Shown in pieces: positions 21,891 to 32,720 of a DNA stretch of 64,000 nucleotides. The stretch comes from Escherichia coli (GTDB lineage: Bacteria > Pseudomonadota > Gammaproteobacteria > Enterobacterales > Enterobacteriaceae). Within the stretch, counting starts at the first letter, position 1. Each line of letters starts with the position of its first letter. The stretch lies in NCBI RefSeq assembly GCF_050920415.1, contig NZ_CP169309.1; one strand, written 5' to 3'. The notes under the pieces were generated by a model. It was not told the origin of the DNA. It made no database searches and worked only from the letters and a program-made list of their open reading frames with translations. Made by a program: the position numbers and the translations under genes.

Positions 21891-22472
21891 GCGGGGAGTT
21901 TATTCATGGGGGATGTCCTTGTCCGTTCCCAAAACAGGCAACAAAAAACAAATGAGATCAAGGTAATATCTCTTCACTTGCAGGCTCGAACAGCAGGCAA
22001 TTGCCAATATAATAATCTGGCACAAGGGTGAAAAACGCGCACCGCATAAACCGTTGTTATTGCTTAAAGATTAGCCGGATGCCTTAATAGACATCCGCGC
22101 CTTTTCGATTATGGCTCGGAAATCTACGAACCTCTGCACAGTTTACTGGAACGTTTTGGACCACAGCGTTCACAGTACCGACCTGATATGCCGTTCTGGC
22201 GATTATAAGGCGACGGATTCTGGCAAATAGACGATGATAATATGCTTAATGATGTTCAAAGAAATTAGGCCATCATTATATTATTGCTTGCATTTTCTTT
22301 CATTCCCAAAAGCACCCGCCATTAATCCCAGGCGCATTATGCAAAGGAAAATGATTAGGTAAACAATAAGATTTATAATCAGGAAAGGCGACTCGCAATA
22401 AAACGCAAAGTCGCCTTAACATTGGTAAAATATGCCCTTTACTACTCCTGTATCATGAACGGCTCATCACAT

Positions 22473-25400
22473 TTAAAGCTGACGTTGATCCAGACTGCTA
22501 TATATTGCCTTTATTTCATTTTTTACGCTTTCGCCACGGTACACCAAAGACGTATCGTATCGTTGATACTTATCTTCCCGTGCAGCACTGAACCAGTTAA
22601 AAGATCCGACACACAGCAGTTCTTCATCCTCAATCACAATTTTGCTGTGGACACGATTAACCAATTTCGTAGCGATACCCATCTTATTGAGCTTTTCAAC
22701 AGCATCATTCAGCAGATGTTTTTTCTCCTGACGCTTATCATCATCGACATGCGCTATATTGCAGTTTTTATCCGTCACCACAGTAATATCAATGCCCCGG
22801 GAACGGGCCAAAGCCATTGATGCCAGAAATCCCGTTTGCTCCATTTTTTGCCAGGATAACCAAGGGGAAATAATCGTTATTTTCTTTTGAGCTCCGGCAA
22901 GAGTCATGTTCAAAAATTCATCATGCTGCTCCACGCCATGCAGCGTTGAAATTTGTGTATGTGCGGAAATTAAATCCTGTCGTTTATGAAACTCAAATTG
23001 CAACGCATTATTATCTGAAGAAAAGAGATATTTTGCCAATAACCCTCGCGGCGAAAATGCGGGCTGCATCTCGATAAGGTCCATATCGCCAAATACCAGA
23101 AAACTATCTTTAGCGCGTGAGACAGCAACATTGAGGATACTGCTGTTGCTATCAAGAAACCTGCCATCTTCATGTTTTGAGTAGACTGGAGAAAAGAGAA
23201 CAATCGCCCTTTCCGCCCCCTGCAAGGAGTGCACAGTCCCCACTGTCAGTGAACCCTCCTCGTCTTTGCCATTAATTTCCAGCTTACGCAATGACGTTTT
23301 GATAGCATTAACCTGCGCCGAAAATGGCGTCACAACACCAACAACTTTGTACAGTGGTTCCCCGTAATGGCGCTCTATATCATCCTTATGTGCCACCAGC
23401 CATGCTGCTATTGTTTCAGCTTCAAGAGGGTTATAACGGCTCCCCCCATTTGGCTTCATGCCTCTACCATCAATATGTAAATATCCCATTGCGGGGAAAA
23501 TCGTCCCTTTTTCCATCCCTCTTTTAGGCTGCAACTTACCGTGATAGCAAAGTGAGTTACAGTAGCCGATGATGTTATTGAAACAGCGACGATGCTCATA
23601 CAGATACATTCCGCGCTCGAACTTGGGATCATACTGGTAGTGAGAGTTAAACTGGGCTACCTGCATTACGCTGCCAGATGCTGCACTTTTTCCAGACCCA
23701 CACACGTGAGTATATGTATTTATTAACTCTTCCTGAGTGCCACCAGAAATAATATTCTCCTCAAGCATATTGCCCATATCAGTGACGGGTAGACAATTCC
23801 AGATTGGAGCTATTTGCTCCGTATCGCCAATCACCAGCGCTTTCTTCGCCAATGCAAAGGAAGCTGCAGCAACCTCCGGGAGTACCTGCCCGGCTTCATC
23901 GACAATCAGTAAATCAGCAAAGTTATATAAATAATTATTATCCGATGTTCTATCGCCACCAAAAGATTTTCTTCTGTTCATATGGTAAGGCAACATGTAG
24001 CAGGTCATCACCACACAAGGAGTAAGTTTCATTCTTCTTAGCCAACGAGCCTCGGCGATAGTTATCCCGGTAATTCCTTTTTCTTTTTGCAAATTATCTA
24101 TAGCTGCCATATCAATCAGCCAACGCCCCTCCCAATAATGGGTCGCTACCAAGAACGCTGGAAAACGAATCTGAGTATCGGCAAGTTCATCCGCTCCTGA
24201 AAGATTCAATTCATCGTCACCTCTGTAACCCAAAGCATAAGTCAACTCACGCCATTGTTTTGCAGCTTCTATTTCGCGTCGGGCTATATCCTTCGCATAG
24301 TTGATGTTCTGTTGGCACTCATCCTGCTCCTTTTGCGTTTTAGCAATCAAACTATCAATAAATTCATCAATATCTTCGGGATAATTTCCCTGGAACGATG
24401 TCATTCTTGTGCCAAACGTAGAGTCCAGGAAGAGGTTAATCTGGTAATGGCGTTTAGTACGAACAGCAGGAAGCCATGACAAAACCGCATACACTAGCGA
24501 CTCATCAGCACGGTATTGCTGCCACTGCTTTTTACCTCTTGTTAAAAGTGAAATTTCATTGCCAATATTGAGAAGACGTGTGTTTTCGTCCTGAAGATAC
24601 TGGTCGAGATTCTCACTGATGGCTCGCTGTTCATGGCGGATATCATTAAGCCTGCGCCATGTGGGTTCGATTTGCTGAAGTTGAATAAACTGTGAAGTTA
24701 AACGTTCATGCAAAAGCGTCACTACATGCTCTGGTGAATTGCACTCTCCAGCTCCAAACGCCACCTCCGCTTTTTCAAGGTAAAATGCCCGGGCTTTTTC
24801 CAGATATTCCTGGGATTCAACGTGGTTAAAAAAATCTTCAGTCTGGTATTTCTTCGCAGCCTCAACCTGACGGCTTTTAGACGGAAAATAAGCGCCATAG
24901 CTTATTACCTCCGGCAACCAACGACCAGCCATTACGCCAAAACCAGTAGAGAAATCTTTTCCAAAGGCTTCAATAATATTGGTGACGGCCTGATTGTTAG
25001 TTGATGTGGCAATAATTACAGGAGGTTCAGCTTGATTAAGTGCGGCTCTAGTCCATTCGGTGGCGATAATAGAAAGCACCAGCGTAGTTTTACCCGTTCC
25101 CGGAGGACCGTTAACAGCGAGCATATCCCCCTGCTGTTGAGTCAGATAATGGCTCAGGGCATCGCGCTGCGCCACTGCCAGCGGAAACTTATCGCCGGAA
25201 TGCCCCAGACGTTCGCAGAACATAGCATTCTTAGCGAGAAGTGGCTCTAGTGGAACCATTTCATTTGAGGCAAAACGCGTTAATAGAGGAACCTTAACCT
25301 GGCTCATCAGCAGATGGTCATACAAAGGCAGGATATGAACACTGGCCCCTACATGCTGGCTAGCTTTAACAATATAACCGTATCCAGCCCGTTCGTATGG

Positions 25401-25988
25401 CTCAGATGTAGCGACCCAATTTCCAGCGACGTTTCTTAAAAGGTTATCTGACTGTTGAAGATAATTTTGCCAATGCTGACGATACCTGGCATGGCGTTCC
25501 GCTTTCTCTTCGTCAGTTTCTTTGTAATGTTCTGGTTGACCTTCATTAATGGTGGCTGTGTTATGCGTAGTTTTGTATTTGTCATATTGCACCAACTCAC
25601 CAATAGAAAAATGACCGGAAGGGAGAGGTTCAAGCAGATCGCGGGGAATAGTGGCTGAAGCGGCAGGAAACAAAAAACCTTCCCTATTAAGAAGAGCGGA
25701 GGTAACCAGTGGCGTAATAATTGCGGGTGCACCTGCCGTTTGCTCTTTGCCATGCTTTACAATGCGGTTCCACACCTGGGGCCGTAACACGACTTCAACG
25801 TTTTTTACAGACTCCCCTTCACCGTCAAAAAATGCCCGAATAGTTTCGTCATCCAACTGCCCTGCGGTGATATTTATCCACCGAATGAATGATTCCGTAT
25901 CTTTACGTGAAAACGTTCCTTTGCCAGATTCGGCGTCAGCTAGGGAGTTGCGCCAGTATGAAGTGAATCCCAATGTATTGCTGTCCAT
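22473..25988 (-). CDS. Large SF1 helicase (Upf1/Dna2-like ATPase core) fused to a C-terminal phospholipase-D/HKD nuclease domain; candidate single-gene defence protein
   Basis: 1171-codon [15 protein letters not shown] Walker A (aa 294-302; nt 25083-25109); LLIVDEAGQ motif II (DEAGQ aa 697-701; nt 23886-23900); [11 protein letters not shown] and [10 protein letters not shown] resembling SF1 motifs V/VI; C-terminal [21 protein letters not shown] = HxK(x)4D...GSxN signature (nt 22596-22649); sits immediately 3' of tRNA-leuX. Confidence 0.8.
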   Translation of the reverse strand: MDSNTLGFTSYWRNSLADAESGKGTFSRKDTESFIRWINITAGQLDDETIRAFFDGEGESVKNVEVVLRPQVWNRIVKHGKEQTAGAPAIITPLVTSALLNREGFLFPAASATIPRDLLEPLPSGHFSIGELVQYDKYKTTHNTATINEGQPEHYKETDEEKAERHARYRQHWQNYLQQSDNLLRNVAGNWVATSEPYERAGYGYIVKASQHVGASVHILPLYDHLLMSQVKVPLLTRFASNEMVPLEPLLAKNAMFCERLGHSGDKFPLAVAQRDALSHYLTQQQGDMLAVNGPPGTGKTTLVLSIIATEWTRAALNQAEPPVIIATSTNNQAVTNIIEAFGKDFSTGFGVMAGRWLPEVISYGAYFPSKSRQVEAAKKYQTEDFFNHVESQEYLEKARAFYLEKAEVAFGAGECNSPEHVVTLLHERLTSQFIQLQQIEPTWRRLNDIRHEQRAISENLDQYLQDENTRLLNIGNEISLLTRGKKQWQQYRADESLVYAVLSWLPAVRTKRHYQINLFLDSTFGTRMTSFQGNYPEDIDEFIDSLIAKTQKEQDECQQNINYAKDIARREIEAAKQWRELTYALGYRGDDELNLSGADELADTQIRFPAFLVATHYWEGRWLIDMAAIDNLQKEKGITGITIAEARWLRRMKLTPCVVMTCYMLPYHMNRRKSFGGDRTSDNNYLYNFADLLIVDEAGQVLPEVAAASFALAKKALVIGDTEQIAPIWNCLPVTDMGNMLEENIISGGTQEELINTYTHVCGSGKSAASGSVMQVAQFNSHYQYDPKFERGMYLYEHRRCFNNIIGYCNSLCYHGKLQPKRGMEKGTIFPAMGYLHIDGRGMKPNGGSRYNPLEAETIAAWLVAHKDDIERHYGEPLYKVVGVVTPFSAQVNAIKTSLRKLEINGKDEEGSLTVGTVHSLQGAERAIVLFSPVYSKHEDGRFLDSNSSILNVAVSRAKDSFLVFGDMDLIEMQPAFSPRGLLAKYLFSSDNNALQFEFHKRQDLISAHTQISTLHGVEQHDEFLNMTLAGAQKKITIISPWLSWQKMEQTGFLASMALARSRGIDITVVTDKNCNIAHVDDDKRQEKKHLLNDAVEKLNKMGIATKLVNRVHSKIVIEDEELLCVGSFNWFSAAREDKYQRYDTSLVYRGESVKNEIKAIYSSLDQRQL

Positions 25989-26253
25989 TTCTCATTCCGT
26001 GACATAATAGAAATCATTGATTTCATTGATGTAAATATTACTTATGATTAAACATTGTCCACGATGCGAGCGCGATCGCAATAAATATTGTGCCTGGAGG
26101 ATGGATTAGATTTTCTGAAAGAGCTAAATCCTTAATAGATAAACGCGTACATACTTGGTTCGGTATTCTTAAGGGATTTAATATGGATTGAACCAGGTTG
26201 ACGTTAGTTGAAAAAAACAGTGGAAAAGATTTGTGTGGCGCGGATTTCAGGCA

Positions 26254-26278
26254 TAAAAAAAGACCTCAGTTGAGGTCT
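26254..26278 (-). terminator. Probable intrinsic terminator of tRNA-leuX
   Basis: Hairpin agacctca/tgaggtct; read on the minus strand it is followed by a run of 7 T, directly after the tRNA 3' end. Confidence 0.5.
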
Positions 26279-26291
26279 ATTTACATACTTT

Positions 26292-26376
26292 TGGTGCCGA
26301 AGGCCGGACTCGAACCGGCACGTATTTCTACGGTTGATTTTGAATCAACTGCGTCTACCGATTTCGCCACTTCGGC
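26292..26376 (-). tRNA. leuX: tRNA-Leu (anticodon CAA)
   Basis: Reverse complement reads GCCGAAGTGGCGAAATCGGTAGACGCAGTTGATTCAAAATCAACCGTAGAAATACGTGCCGGTTCGAGTCCGGCCTTCGGCACCA: 85 nt, cloverleaf-compatible, CAA anticodon, encoded CCA end. Confidence 0.95.
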
Positions 26377-26571
26377 ACTGAAGAGGTATGCGGAAAACGT
26401 TGTGGATTATACCTGTCGCACGCCACCATGCAAGCGCCAGCTTGCTCGCACCTCGCTAAGTGCTGAAATTTTCAGCATTGCATACAGCGATGTGCAACCT
26501 TTGTCACACTCCAGGCACCACGCCCTACCATGCTCTACACTTCCCAGACAACACCAGAGAAGGACAAAAAT

Positions 26572-27591
26572 ATGTCGATGATAAAAAGCTATGCCGCAAA
26601 AGAGGCTGGCGGCAAACTGGAAGTTTATGAGTACGATCCCGGTGAACTGAAGCCACAAGATGTCGAAGTGCAGGTGGATTACTGCGGGATCTGCCATTCC
26701 GATCTGTCGATGATCGACAACGAATGGGGATTTTCACAGTATCCGCTGGTTGCCGGGCATGAGGTGATTGGGCGCGTGGTGGCGCTCGGGAGCGCCGCGC
26801 AGGATAAAGGTTTGCAGGTCGGTCAGCGTGTCGGGATTGGCTGGACGGCGCGAAGCTGTGGTCACTGCGATGCCTGTATTAGCGGTAATCAGATCAACTG
26901 TGAGCAAGGTGCGGTGCCAACAATTATGAATCGCGGCGGTTTTGCCGAGAAGTTGCGTGCAGACTGGCAATGGGTGATTCCACTGCCGGAAAATATCGAT
27001 ATCGAATCCGCCGGGCCGCTGCTGTGTGGTGGTATCACGGTCTTCAAACCACTGTTAATGCACCATATCACTGCCACCAGCCGCGTTGGGGTAATTGGTA
27101 TTGGCGGGCTGGGGCATATCGCTATAAAACTTCTGCACGCAATGGGATGCGAGGTGACGGCCTTTAGTTCTAATCCGGCGAAAGAGCAGGAAGTGCTGGC
27201 GATGGGTGCCGATAAAGTAGTGAATAGCCGCGATCCGCAGGCACTGAAAGCACTGGCGGGGCAGTTTGATCTCATTATCAACACCGTCAACGTCAGCCTC
27301 GACTGGCAGCCTTATTTTGAGGCGCTGACGTATGGCGGTAATTTCCATACAGTCGGCGCGGTCCTCACGCCGCTGTCTGTTCCGGCCTTTACGTTAATTG
27401 CGGGCGACCGCAGCGTCTCTGGTTCAGCAACAGGTACACCTTATGAGCTGCGTAAGCTGATGCGCTTTGCCGCCCGCAGCAAGGTTGCGCCGACTACCGA
27501 ACTGTTCCCGATGTCGAAAATTAACGACGCCATTCAGCATGTACGCGATGGTAAAGCGCGCTACCGCGTGGTGTTGAAAGCAGATTTTTGA
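26572..27591 (+). CDS. ahr: NADPH-dependent Zn-containing aldehyde reductase (YjgB)
   Basis: 339 aa from [14 protein letters not shown]; zinc-ADH signatures ([23 protein letters not shown]) and a GxGxxG NAD(P) fold. Confidence 0.85.
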   Translation: MSMIKSYAAKEAGGKLEVYEYDPGELKPQDVEVQVDYCGICHSDLSMIDNEWGFSQYPLVAGHEVIGRVVALGSAAQDKGLQVGQRVGIGWTARSCGHCDACISGNQINCEQGAVPTIMNRGGFAEKLRADWQWVIPLPENIDIESAGPLLCGGITVFKPLLMHHITATSRVGVIGIGGLGHIAIKLLHAMGCEVTAFSSNPAKEQEVLAMGADKVVNSRDPQALKALAGQFDLIINTVNVSLDWQPYFEALTYGGNFHTVGAVLTPLSVPAFTLIAGDRSVSGSATGTPYELRKLMRFAARSKVAPTTELFPMSKINDAIQHVRDGKARYRVVLKADF

Positions 27592-27594
27592 AAA

Positions 27595-28158
27595 TCATTC
27601 GCAGCGCTGATCTGAGGCGCTGCCCTCTTTCGCACATATTCTGTTTTGTCTTATCGCCAGCACAGCCTGCCGACATTGTTCGGTGACATTGGCAATATCA
27701 TGGTTGATATCAATGCGCACAATATCCTGTTCATCTGCTTGTGGTCGCTCCAGCGCCTCAAACTGACTTTTTAGTAACGCTACCGGCATAAAATGCCCAG
27801 CCCGACGCTGCATTCGCGCGAGAATAGTTTCATAATCGCCATCTAACCAGAGGAAATGAACATGGGGGCTACCCTTGCGTAAAATATCACGATACTGTTT
27901 TTTTAATGATGAACAGACAATAAATCCTGTTTCATTCTTTTTATAAAGACTGTATGAAGCATCATTTAAGCGTTCCAGCCAGGGAAGTCGATCTTCATCA
28001 GATAATGGAATGCCTTGCGACATTTTATCTATATTTTTGGCTGGATGAAGATCGTCACCATCAATAAATTTCGCAGACAATAACGCGGCAACCTTGCTAC
28101 CAATTAATGTTTTACCACTCCCTGATACGCCCATCAAAATAAAGCTTTCACCCGCCAT
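27595..28158 (-). CDS. idnK: Gluconokinase (thermosensitive, GntII system)
   Basis: 187-aa ORF with P-loop GVSGSGKT; divergent from idnD. Confidence 0.85.
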   Translation of the reverse strand: MAGESFILMGVSGSGKTLIGSKVAALLSAKFIDGDDLHPAKNIDKMSQGIPLSDEDRLPWLERLNDASYSLYKKNETGFIVCSSLKKQYRDILRKGSPHVHFLWLDGDYETILARMQRRAGHFMPVALLKSQFEALERPQADEQDIVRIDINHDIANVTEQCRQAVLAIRQNRICAKEGSASDQRCE

Positions 28159-28374
28159 TTAAAATCTCCTGAATCATCTTACCTGCGGCGATACTACGCC
28201 TGGCGGCATAATAATTTCACGTTTTTTTATTTCTGTTGATAAGAATTACAAGGCACATCACGTTATGCGTAACATAGTAATGTAACAATTTTCTGACGTG
28301 ATCTTCATCACAAATAATGACAATTAAAACCGCTTAAATGCTTCCGAGGTGTCTACCTGACCAGTGAGGAATTT

Positions 28375-29406
28375 ATGCAAGTGAAAACACAGTCCTGCGT
28401 TGTTGCGGGCAAGAAAACTGTTGCCGTTACCGAGCAGACGATAGATTGGAATAATAATGGAACATTAGTACAAATAACCCGAGGTGGAATTTGCGGTTCC
28501 GATTTACATTATTATCAGGAAGGAAAAGTAGGTAATTTCATGATAAAGGCACCGATGGTGTTAGGTCATGAAGTTATCGGTAAAGTTATTCATAGCGACT
28601 CATCAGAATTACATGAAGGGCAAACGGTAGCCATTAATCCGTCTAAACCTTGCGGTCACTGCAAATACTGCATTGAACATAACGAGAATCAGTGTACAGA
28701 GATGCGTTTTTTTGGCAGTGCCATGTATTTCCCTCATGTTGATGGTGGCTTTACCCGTTATAAAATGGTCGAAACGTCGCAATGTGTCCCTTATCCGGCC
28801 AAAGCTGACGAAAAGGTTATGGCTTTTGCCGAACCTTTAGCCGTCGCGATTCATGCCGCACATCAGGCCGGCGAGTTACAGGGCAAGCGAGTATTTATTT
28901 CCGGTGTTGGGCCCATTGGCTGCCTGATTGTCAGTGCTGTGAAAACACTGGGGGCCTCGGAAATTGTCTGTGCCGATGTGAGTCCCCGTTCCCTTTTGCT
29001 GGCCAAAGAGATGGGGGCGGATGTGCTCGTAAACCCACAAAACGACGACATGGATCACTGGAAAGCGGAAAAAGGCTATTTCGATGTCAGCTTTGAAGTG
29101 TCCGGTCATCCTTCATCAGTGAATACCTGTCTGGAGGTCACTCGTGCACGCGGCGTAATGGTGCAGGTAGGTATGGGAGGCGCGATGGCAGAATTCCCAA
29201 TGATGACGTTGATTGGTAAGGAGATTTCACTCAAAGGCTCTTTCCGTTTTACCAGCGAATTTAATACCGCAGTGTCATGGCTGGCGAATGGCGTTATCAA
29301 TCCACTGCCTTTACTGAGTGCTGAATATCCCTTCACTGACCTGGAAGAGGCGCTACGTTTCGCCGGTGATAAAACCCAGGCAGCAAAAGTCCAGCTTGTT
29401 TTCTAA
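28375..29406 (+). CDS. idnD: L-idonate 5-dehydrogenase (Zn-dependent MDR family)
   Basis: 343-aa ORF with GICGSDLH and GHEVIGKV zinc-ADH motifs; first gene of idnDOTR. Confidence 0.9.
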   Translation: MQVKTQSCVVAGKKTVAVTEQTIDWNNNGTLVQITRGGICGSDLHYYQEGKVGNFMIKAPMVLGHEVIGKVIHSDSSELHEGQTVAINPSKPCGHCKYCIEHNENQCTEMRFFGSAMYFPHVDGGFTRYKMVETSQCVPYPAKADEKVMAFAEPLAVAIHAAHQAGELQGKRVFISGVGPIGCLIVSAVKTLGASEIVCADVSPRSLLLAKEMGADVLVNPQNDDMDHWKAEKGYFDVSFEVSGHPSSVNTCLEVTRARGVMVQVGMGGAMAEFPMMTLIGKEISLKGSFRFTSEFNTAVSWLANGVINPLPLLSAEYPFTDLEEALRFAGDKTQAAKVQLVF

Positions 29407-29429
29407 GAGATAAATAAAGGAATAATACA

Positions 29430-30194
29430 ATGAACGATCTATTTTCACTGGCAGGAAAAAATATCTTGATTACCGGTTCAGCACAGGGCATTGGCTTTTT
29501 ACTGGCAACCGGCCTGGGTAAATATGGCGCACAAATAATTATTAATGATATTACTGCCGAACGCGCAGAACTTGCTGTAGAAAAACTCCGCCAGGAGGGT
29601 GTTCGGGCCGTTGCCGCACCTTTTAATGTTACCCATAAACATGAAATTGATACCGCCGTTGAACATATCGAAAAGGACATCGGCCCCATTGATGTGCTGG
29701 TGAATAACGCCGGTATCCAGCGCCGTCATCCTTTTACTGAGTTCCCTGAACAAGAGTGGAATGATGTGATCGCAGTAAACCAGACCGCCGTGTTCCTGGT
29801 GTCGCAAGCGGTAACTCGTCACATGGTTGAACGCAAGGCGGGTAAAGTTATTAATATTTGCTCGATGCAAAGCGAACTGGGACGTGACACCATCACCCCT
29901 TATGCCGCATCGAAAGGAGCGGTAAAAATGCTCACCCGCGGCATGTGCGTCGAGCTGGCGCGCCACAATATTCAGGTCAACGGTATTGCGCCGGGCTATT
30001 TCAAAACAGAAATGACTAAAGCACTGGTTGAGGACGAAGCCTTCACCGCCTGGTTGTGCAAACGGACCCCCGCCGCACGCTGGGGCGATCCGCAGGAACT
30101 GATTGGTGCTGCGGTGTTCCTTTCTTCAAAAGCCTCTGATTTCGTAAACGGCCACCTGTTGTTTGTTGATGGCGGCATGTTGGTGGCTGTTTAA
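29430..30194 (+). CDS. idnO: 5-keto-D-gluconate 5-reductase (short-chain dehydrogenase)
   Basis: 254-aa ORF with TGSAQGIG Rossmann motif and YAASK catalytic motif. Confidence 0.9.
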   Translation: MNDLFSLAGKNILITGSAQGIGFLLATGLGKYGAQIIINDITAERAELAVEKLRQEGVRAVAAPFNVTHKHEIDTAVEHIEKDIGPIDVLVNNAGIQRRHPFTEFPEQEWNDVIAVNQTAVFLVSQAVTRHMVERKAGKVINICSMQSELGRDTITPYAASKGAVKMLTRGMCVELARHNIQVNGIAPGYFKTEMTKALVEDEAFTAWLCKRTPAARWGDPQELIGAAVFLSSKASDFVNGHLLFVDGGMLVAV

Positions 30195-30258
30195 CAGCCA
30201 CTACCCTGCGTGCAGCGCGAAAGCGCTGCTTTTCTGGCACTAATAAGAGATAAAGACT

Positions 30259-31578
30259 ATGCCATTAATCATTATTGCGGCAGGCGTCGCGCTGCTTCTT
30301 ATCCTGATGATCGGCTTTAAAGTTAACGGCTTTATTGCCCTCGTTCTGGTAGCTGCCGTCGTCGGATTTGCCGAAGGGATGGATGCACAGGCCGTCCTGC
30401 ACTCTATACAAACTGGTATCGGCAGCACGCTCGGCGGGCTGGCAATGATCCTCGGTTTCGGGGCCATGTTAGGCAAGCTGATTTCTGATACGGGCGCGGC
30501 ACAACGTATCGCCACTACGCTGATTGCTACTTTTGGTAAAAAACGCGTGCAATGGGCGCTAGTGATCACCGGTCTGGTTGTGGGCCTCGCCATGTTTTTT
30601 GAAGTGGGTTTTGTCCTGCTGTTGCCGTTGGTATTTACCATCGTAGCATCATCAGGATTACCCCTGTTGTATGTTGGCGTACCAATGGTAGCAGCGCTCT
30701 CTGTAACCCACTGTTTTCTGCCGCCACATCCTGGTCCTACTGCCATCGCGACTATCTTTGAGGCTAATCTCGGAACGACTCTACTGTATGGATTTATCAT
30801 TACCATTCCGACAGTTATTGTCGCAGGACCGCTGTTTTCTAAACTGCTAACTCGCTTTGAGAAAGCACCACCAGAAGGCTTATTTAATCCTCATCTGTTT
30901 AGCGAAGAGGAGATGCCCTCCTTCTGGAACAGTATTTTCGCTGCCGTGATCCCGGTCATCCTGATGGCTATCGCCGCCGTTTGTGAAATTACGTTACCGA
31001 AAACTAACACCGTGCGCCTCTTCTTTGAATTTGTCGGTAGCCCTGCCGTTGCGCTGTTTATTGCCATTGTTATTGCGATTTTCACACTGGGCCGACGTAA
31101 TGGACGCACCATCGAGCAAATCATGGATATCATTGGGGATTCTATAGGCGCTATCGCGATGATTGTGTTTATTATCGCTGGCGGCGGCGCGTTTAAGCAG
31201 GTATTAGTAGATAGCGGTGTCGGGCAGTATATTTCACACTTAATGACCGGAACTACGCTTTCGCCGTTATTGATGTGCTGGACTGTTGCGGCGCTGTTGC
31301 GTATCGCTCTGGGCTCTGCCACCGTCGCGGCCATTACCACCGCGGGTGTGGTGTTGCCGATTATCAACGTTACCCATGCCGATCCCGCTTTAATGGTACT
31401 GGCAACCGGTGCGGGCAGCGTGATCGCGTCACACGTAAACGACCCTGGCTTCTGGCTATTTAAAGGGTATTTTAATCTGACGGTTGGTGAAACGTTGCGT
31501 ACCTGGACGGTGATGGAAACCCTTATTTCTATTATGGGTTTGCTGGGCGTGTTAGCCATTAACGCCGTATTGCACTGA
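30259..31578 (+). CDS. idnT: L-idonate/5-ketogluconate/gluconate transporter (GntP family)
   Basis: 439-aa polytopic membrane ORF, paralogous to gntP. Confidence 0.9.
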   Translation: MPLIIIAAGVALLLILMIGFKVNGFIALVLVAAVVGFAEGMDAQAVLHSIQTGIGSTLGGLAMILGFGAMLGKLISDTGAAQRIATTLIATFGKKRVQWALVITGLVVGLAMFFEVGFVLLLPLVFTIVASSGLPLLYVGVPMVAALSVTHCFLPPHPGPTAIATIFEANLGTTLLYGFIITIPTVIVAGPLFSKLLTRFEKAPPEGLFNPHLFSEEEMPSFWNSIFAAVIPVILMAIAAVCEITLPKTNTVRLFFEFVGSPAVALFIAIVIAIFTLGRRNGRTIEQIMDIIGDSIGAIAMIVFIIAGGGAFKQVLVDSGVGQYISHLMTGTTLSPLLMCWTVAALLRIALGSATVAAITTAGVVLPIINVTHADPALMVLATGAGSVIASHVNDPGFWLFKGYFNLTVGETLRTWTVMETLISIMGLLGVLAINAVLH

Positions 31579-31644
31579 AAGAATAAAATATTGTGATGTA
31601 GTTTCGGGGGAAGATTGAAGATTCCCCCGACGTTGGGAGAAGTT

Positions 31645-32643
31645 ATGCTCAATCACAGAATTTCTTTACAGGATATCGCTACGCTGGCTGGCGTAACAAA
31701 AATGACCGTGAGTCGTTATATCCGCTCGCCGAAAAAGGTGGCAAAGGAAACAGGCGAGCGCATCGCCAAAATTATGGAGGAGATCAATTATATCCCTAAT
31801 CGCGCTCCCGGCATGTTGTTGAATGCACAAAGTTATACCCTCGGTATCTTGATTCCGTCATTTCAAAATCAACTCTTCGCTGACATTCTCGCGGGAATAG
31901 AATCCGTCACCTCTGAGCATAATTATCAGACCCTTATTGCTAATTACAATTACGATCGCGATTCCGAAGAAGAGTCGGTGATTAACCTGCTCTCTTATAA
32001 CATTGACGGGATTATTCTTTCGGAAAAATATCACACCATCAGGACGGTGAAATTTCTGCGTTCAGCCACCATTCCGGTCGTGGAATTGATGGATGTACAG
32101 GGAGAACGGCTGGATATGGAGGTCGGTTTTGATAATCGGCAGGCCGCTTTTGACATGGTGTGTACCATGCTGGATAAGCGAGTCAGGCGCAAAATTCTGT
32201 ATCTCGGTTCCAAAGATGACACCCGCGATGAACAGCGTTATCAGGGGTATTGCGATGCGATGATGCTGCATAATCTTTCCCCGTTACGCATGAATCCACG
32301 CGCCATCTCATCCATTCATTTAGGAATGCAATTAATGCGTGATGCCCTTAGCGCAAACCCGGATTTAGACGGTGTATTTTGCACCAATGACGATATTGCG
32401 ATGGGTGCGCTTCTGCTGTGCCGCGAGCGAAACCTCGCCGTGCCAGAACAAATTTCCATTGCGGGTTTTCATGGGCTGGAGATTGGCAGGCAAATGATCC
32501 CAAGCCTCGCCAGCGTAATTACTCCCCGTTTTGATATTGGTCGGATGGCCGCCCAAATGTTGCTGAGCAAAATTAAAAATAACGATCACAACCACAACAC
32601 TGTTGACCTCGGGTATCAGATTTATCACGGTAACACGCTTTAG
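31645..32643 (+). CDS. idnR: LacI-family regulator of idonate catabolism
   Basis: 332 aa from [26 protein letters not shown] (LacI-type HTH) with a periplasmic-binding-protein-like C-terminus. Confidence 0.85.
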   Translation: MLNHRISLQDIATLAGVTKMTVSRYIRSPKKVAKETGERIAKIMEEINYIPNRAPGMLLNAQSYTLGILIPSFQNQLFADILAGIESVTSEHNYQTLIANYNYDRDSEEESVINLLSYNIDGIILSEKYHTIRTVKFLRSATIPVVELMDVQGERLDMEVGFDNRQAAFDMVCTMLDKRVRRKILYLGSKDDTRDEQRYQGYCDAMMLHNLSPLRMNPRAISSIHLGMQLMRDALSANPDLDGVFCTNDDIAMGALLLCRERNLAVPEQISIAGFHGLEIGRQMIPSLASVITPRFDIGRMAAQMLLSKIKNNDHNHNTVDLGYQIYHGNTL

Positions 32644-32720
32644 GTTATTTTCTCTTCATTACACGTATTCTCTTTGCCGGACGTTGCCTATACTCCAGGC
32701 AGGAAACTGGAGGAAATCTC

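Noticed and set aside
22387-22415. Hairpin ggcgact-N15-agtcgcc downstream of the helicase-nuclease gene as its terminator
   Set aside because: On the minus strand it is not followed by a convincing U-tract, and the loop is long; too weak to annotate.
21891-22472. Possible attR-like direct repeat of the leuX 3' end that would delimit an island
   Set aside because: By eye only a short ctcgaac match to the tRNA 3' end was found, too short to call; needs a computational alignment.
22422-22820. 132-aa ORF on the plus strand overlapping the 3' end of the helicase-nuclease gene
   Set aside because: Antisense to the region encoding the conserved PLD motif; AT-rich, hydrophobic junk-like translation; probably spurious.
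30891-31652. 253-aa ORF on the minus strand
   Set aside because: Antisense to the idnT transporter gene; no start context or motifs.
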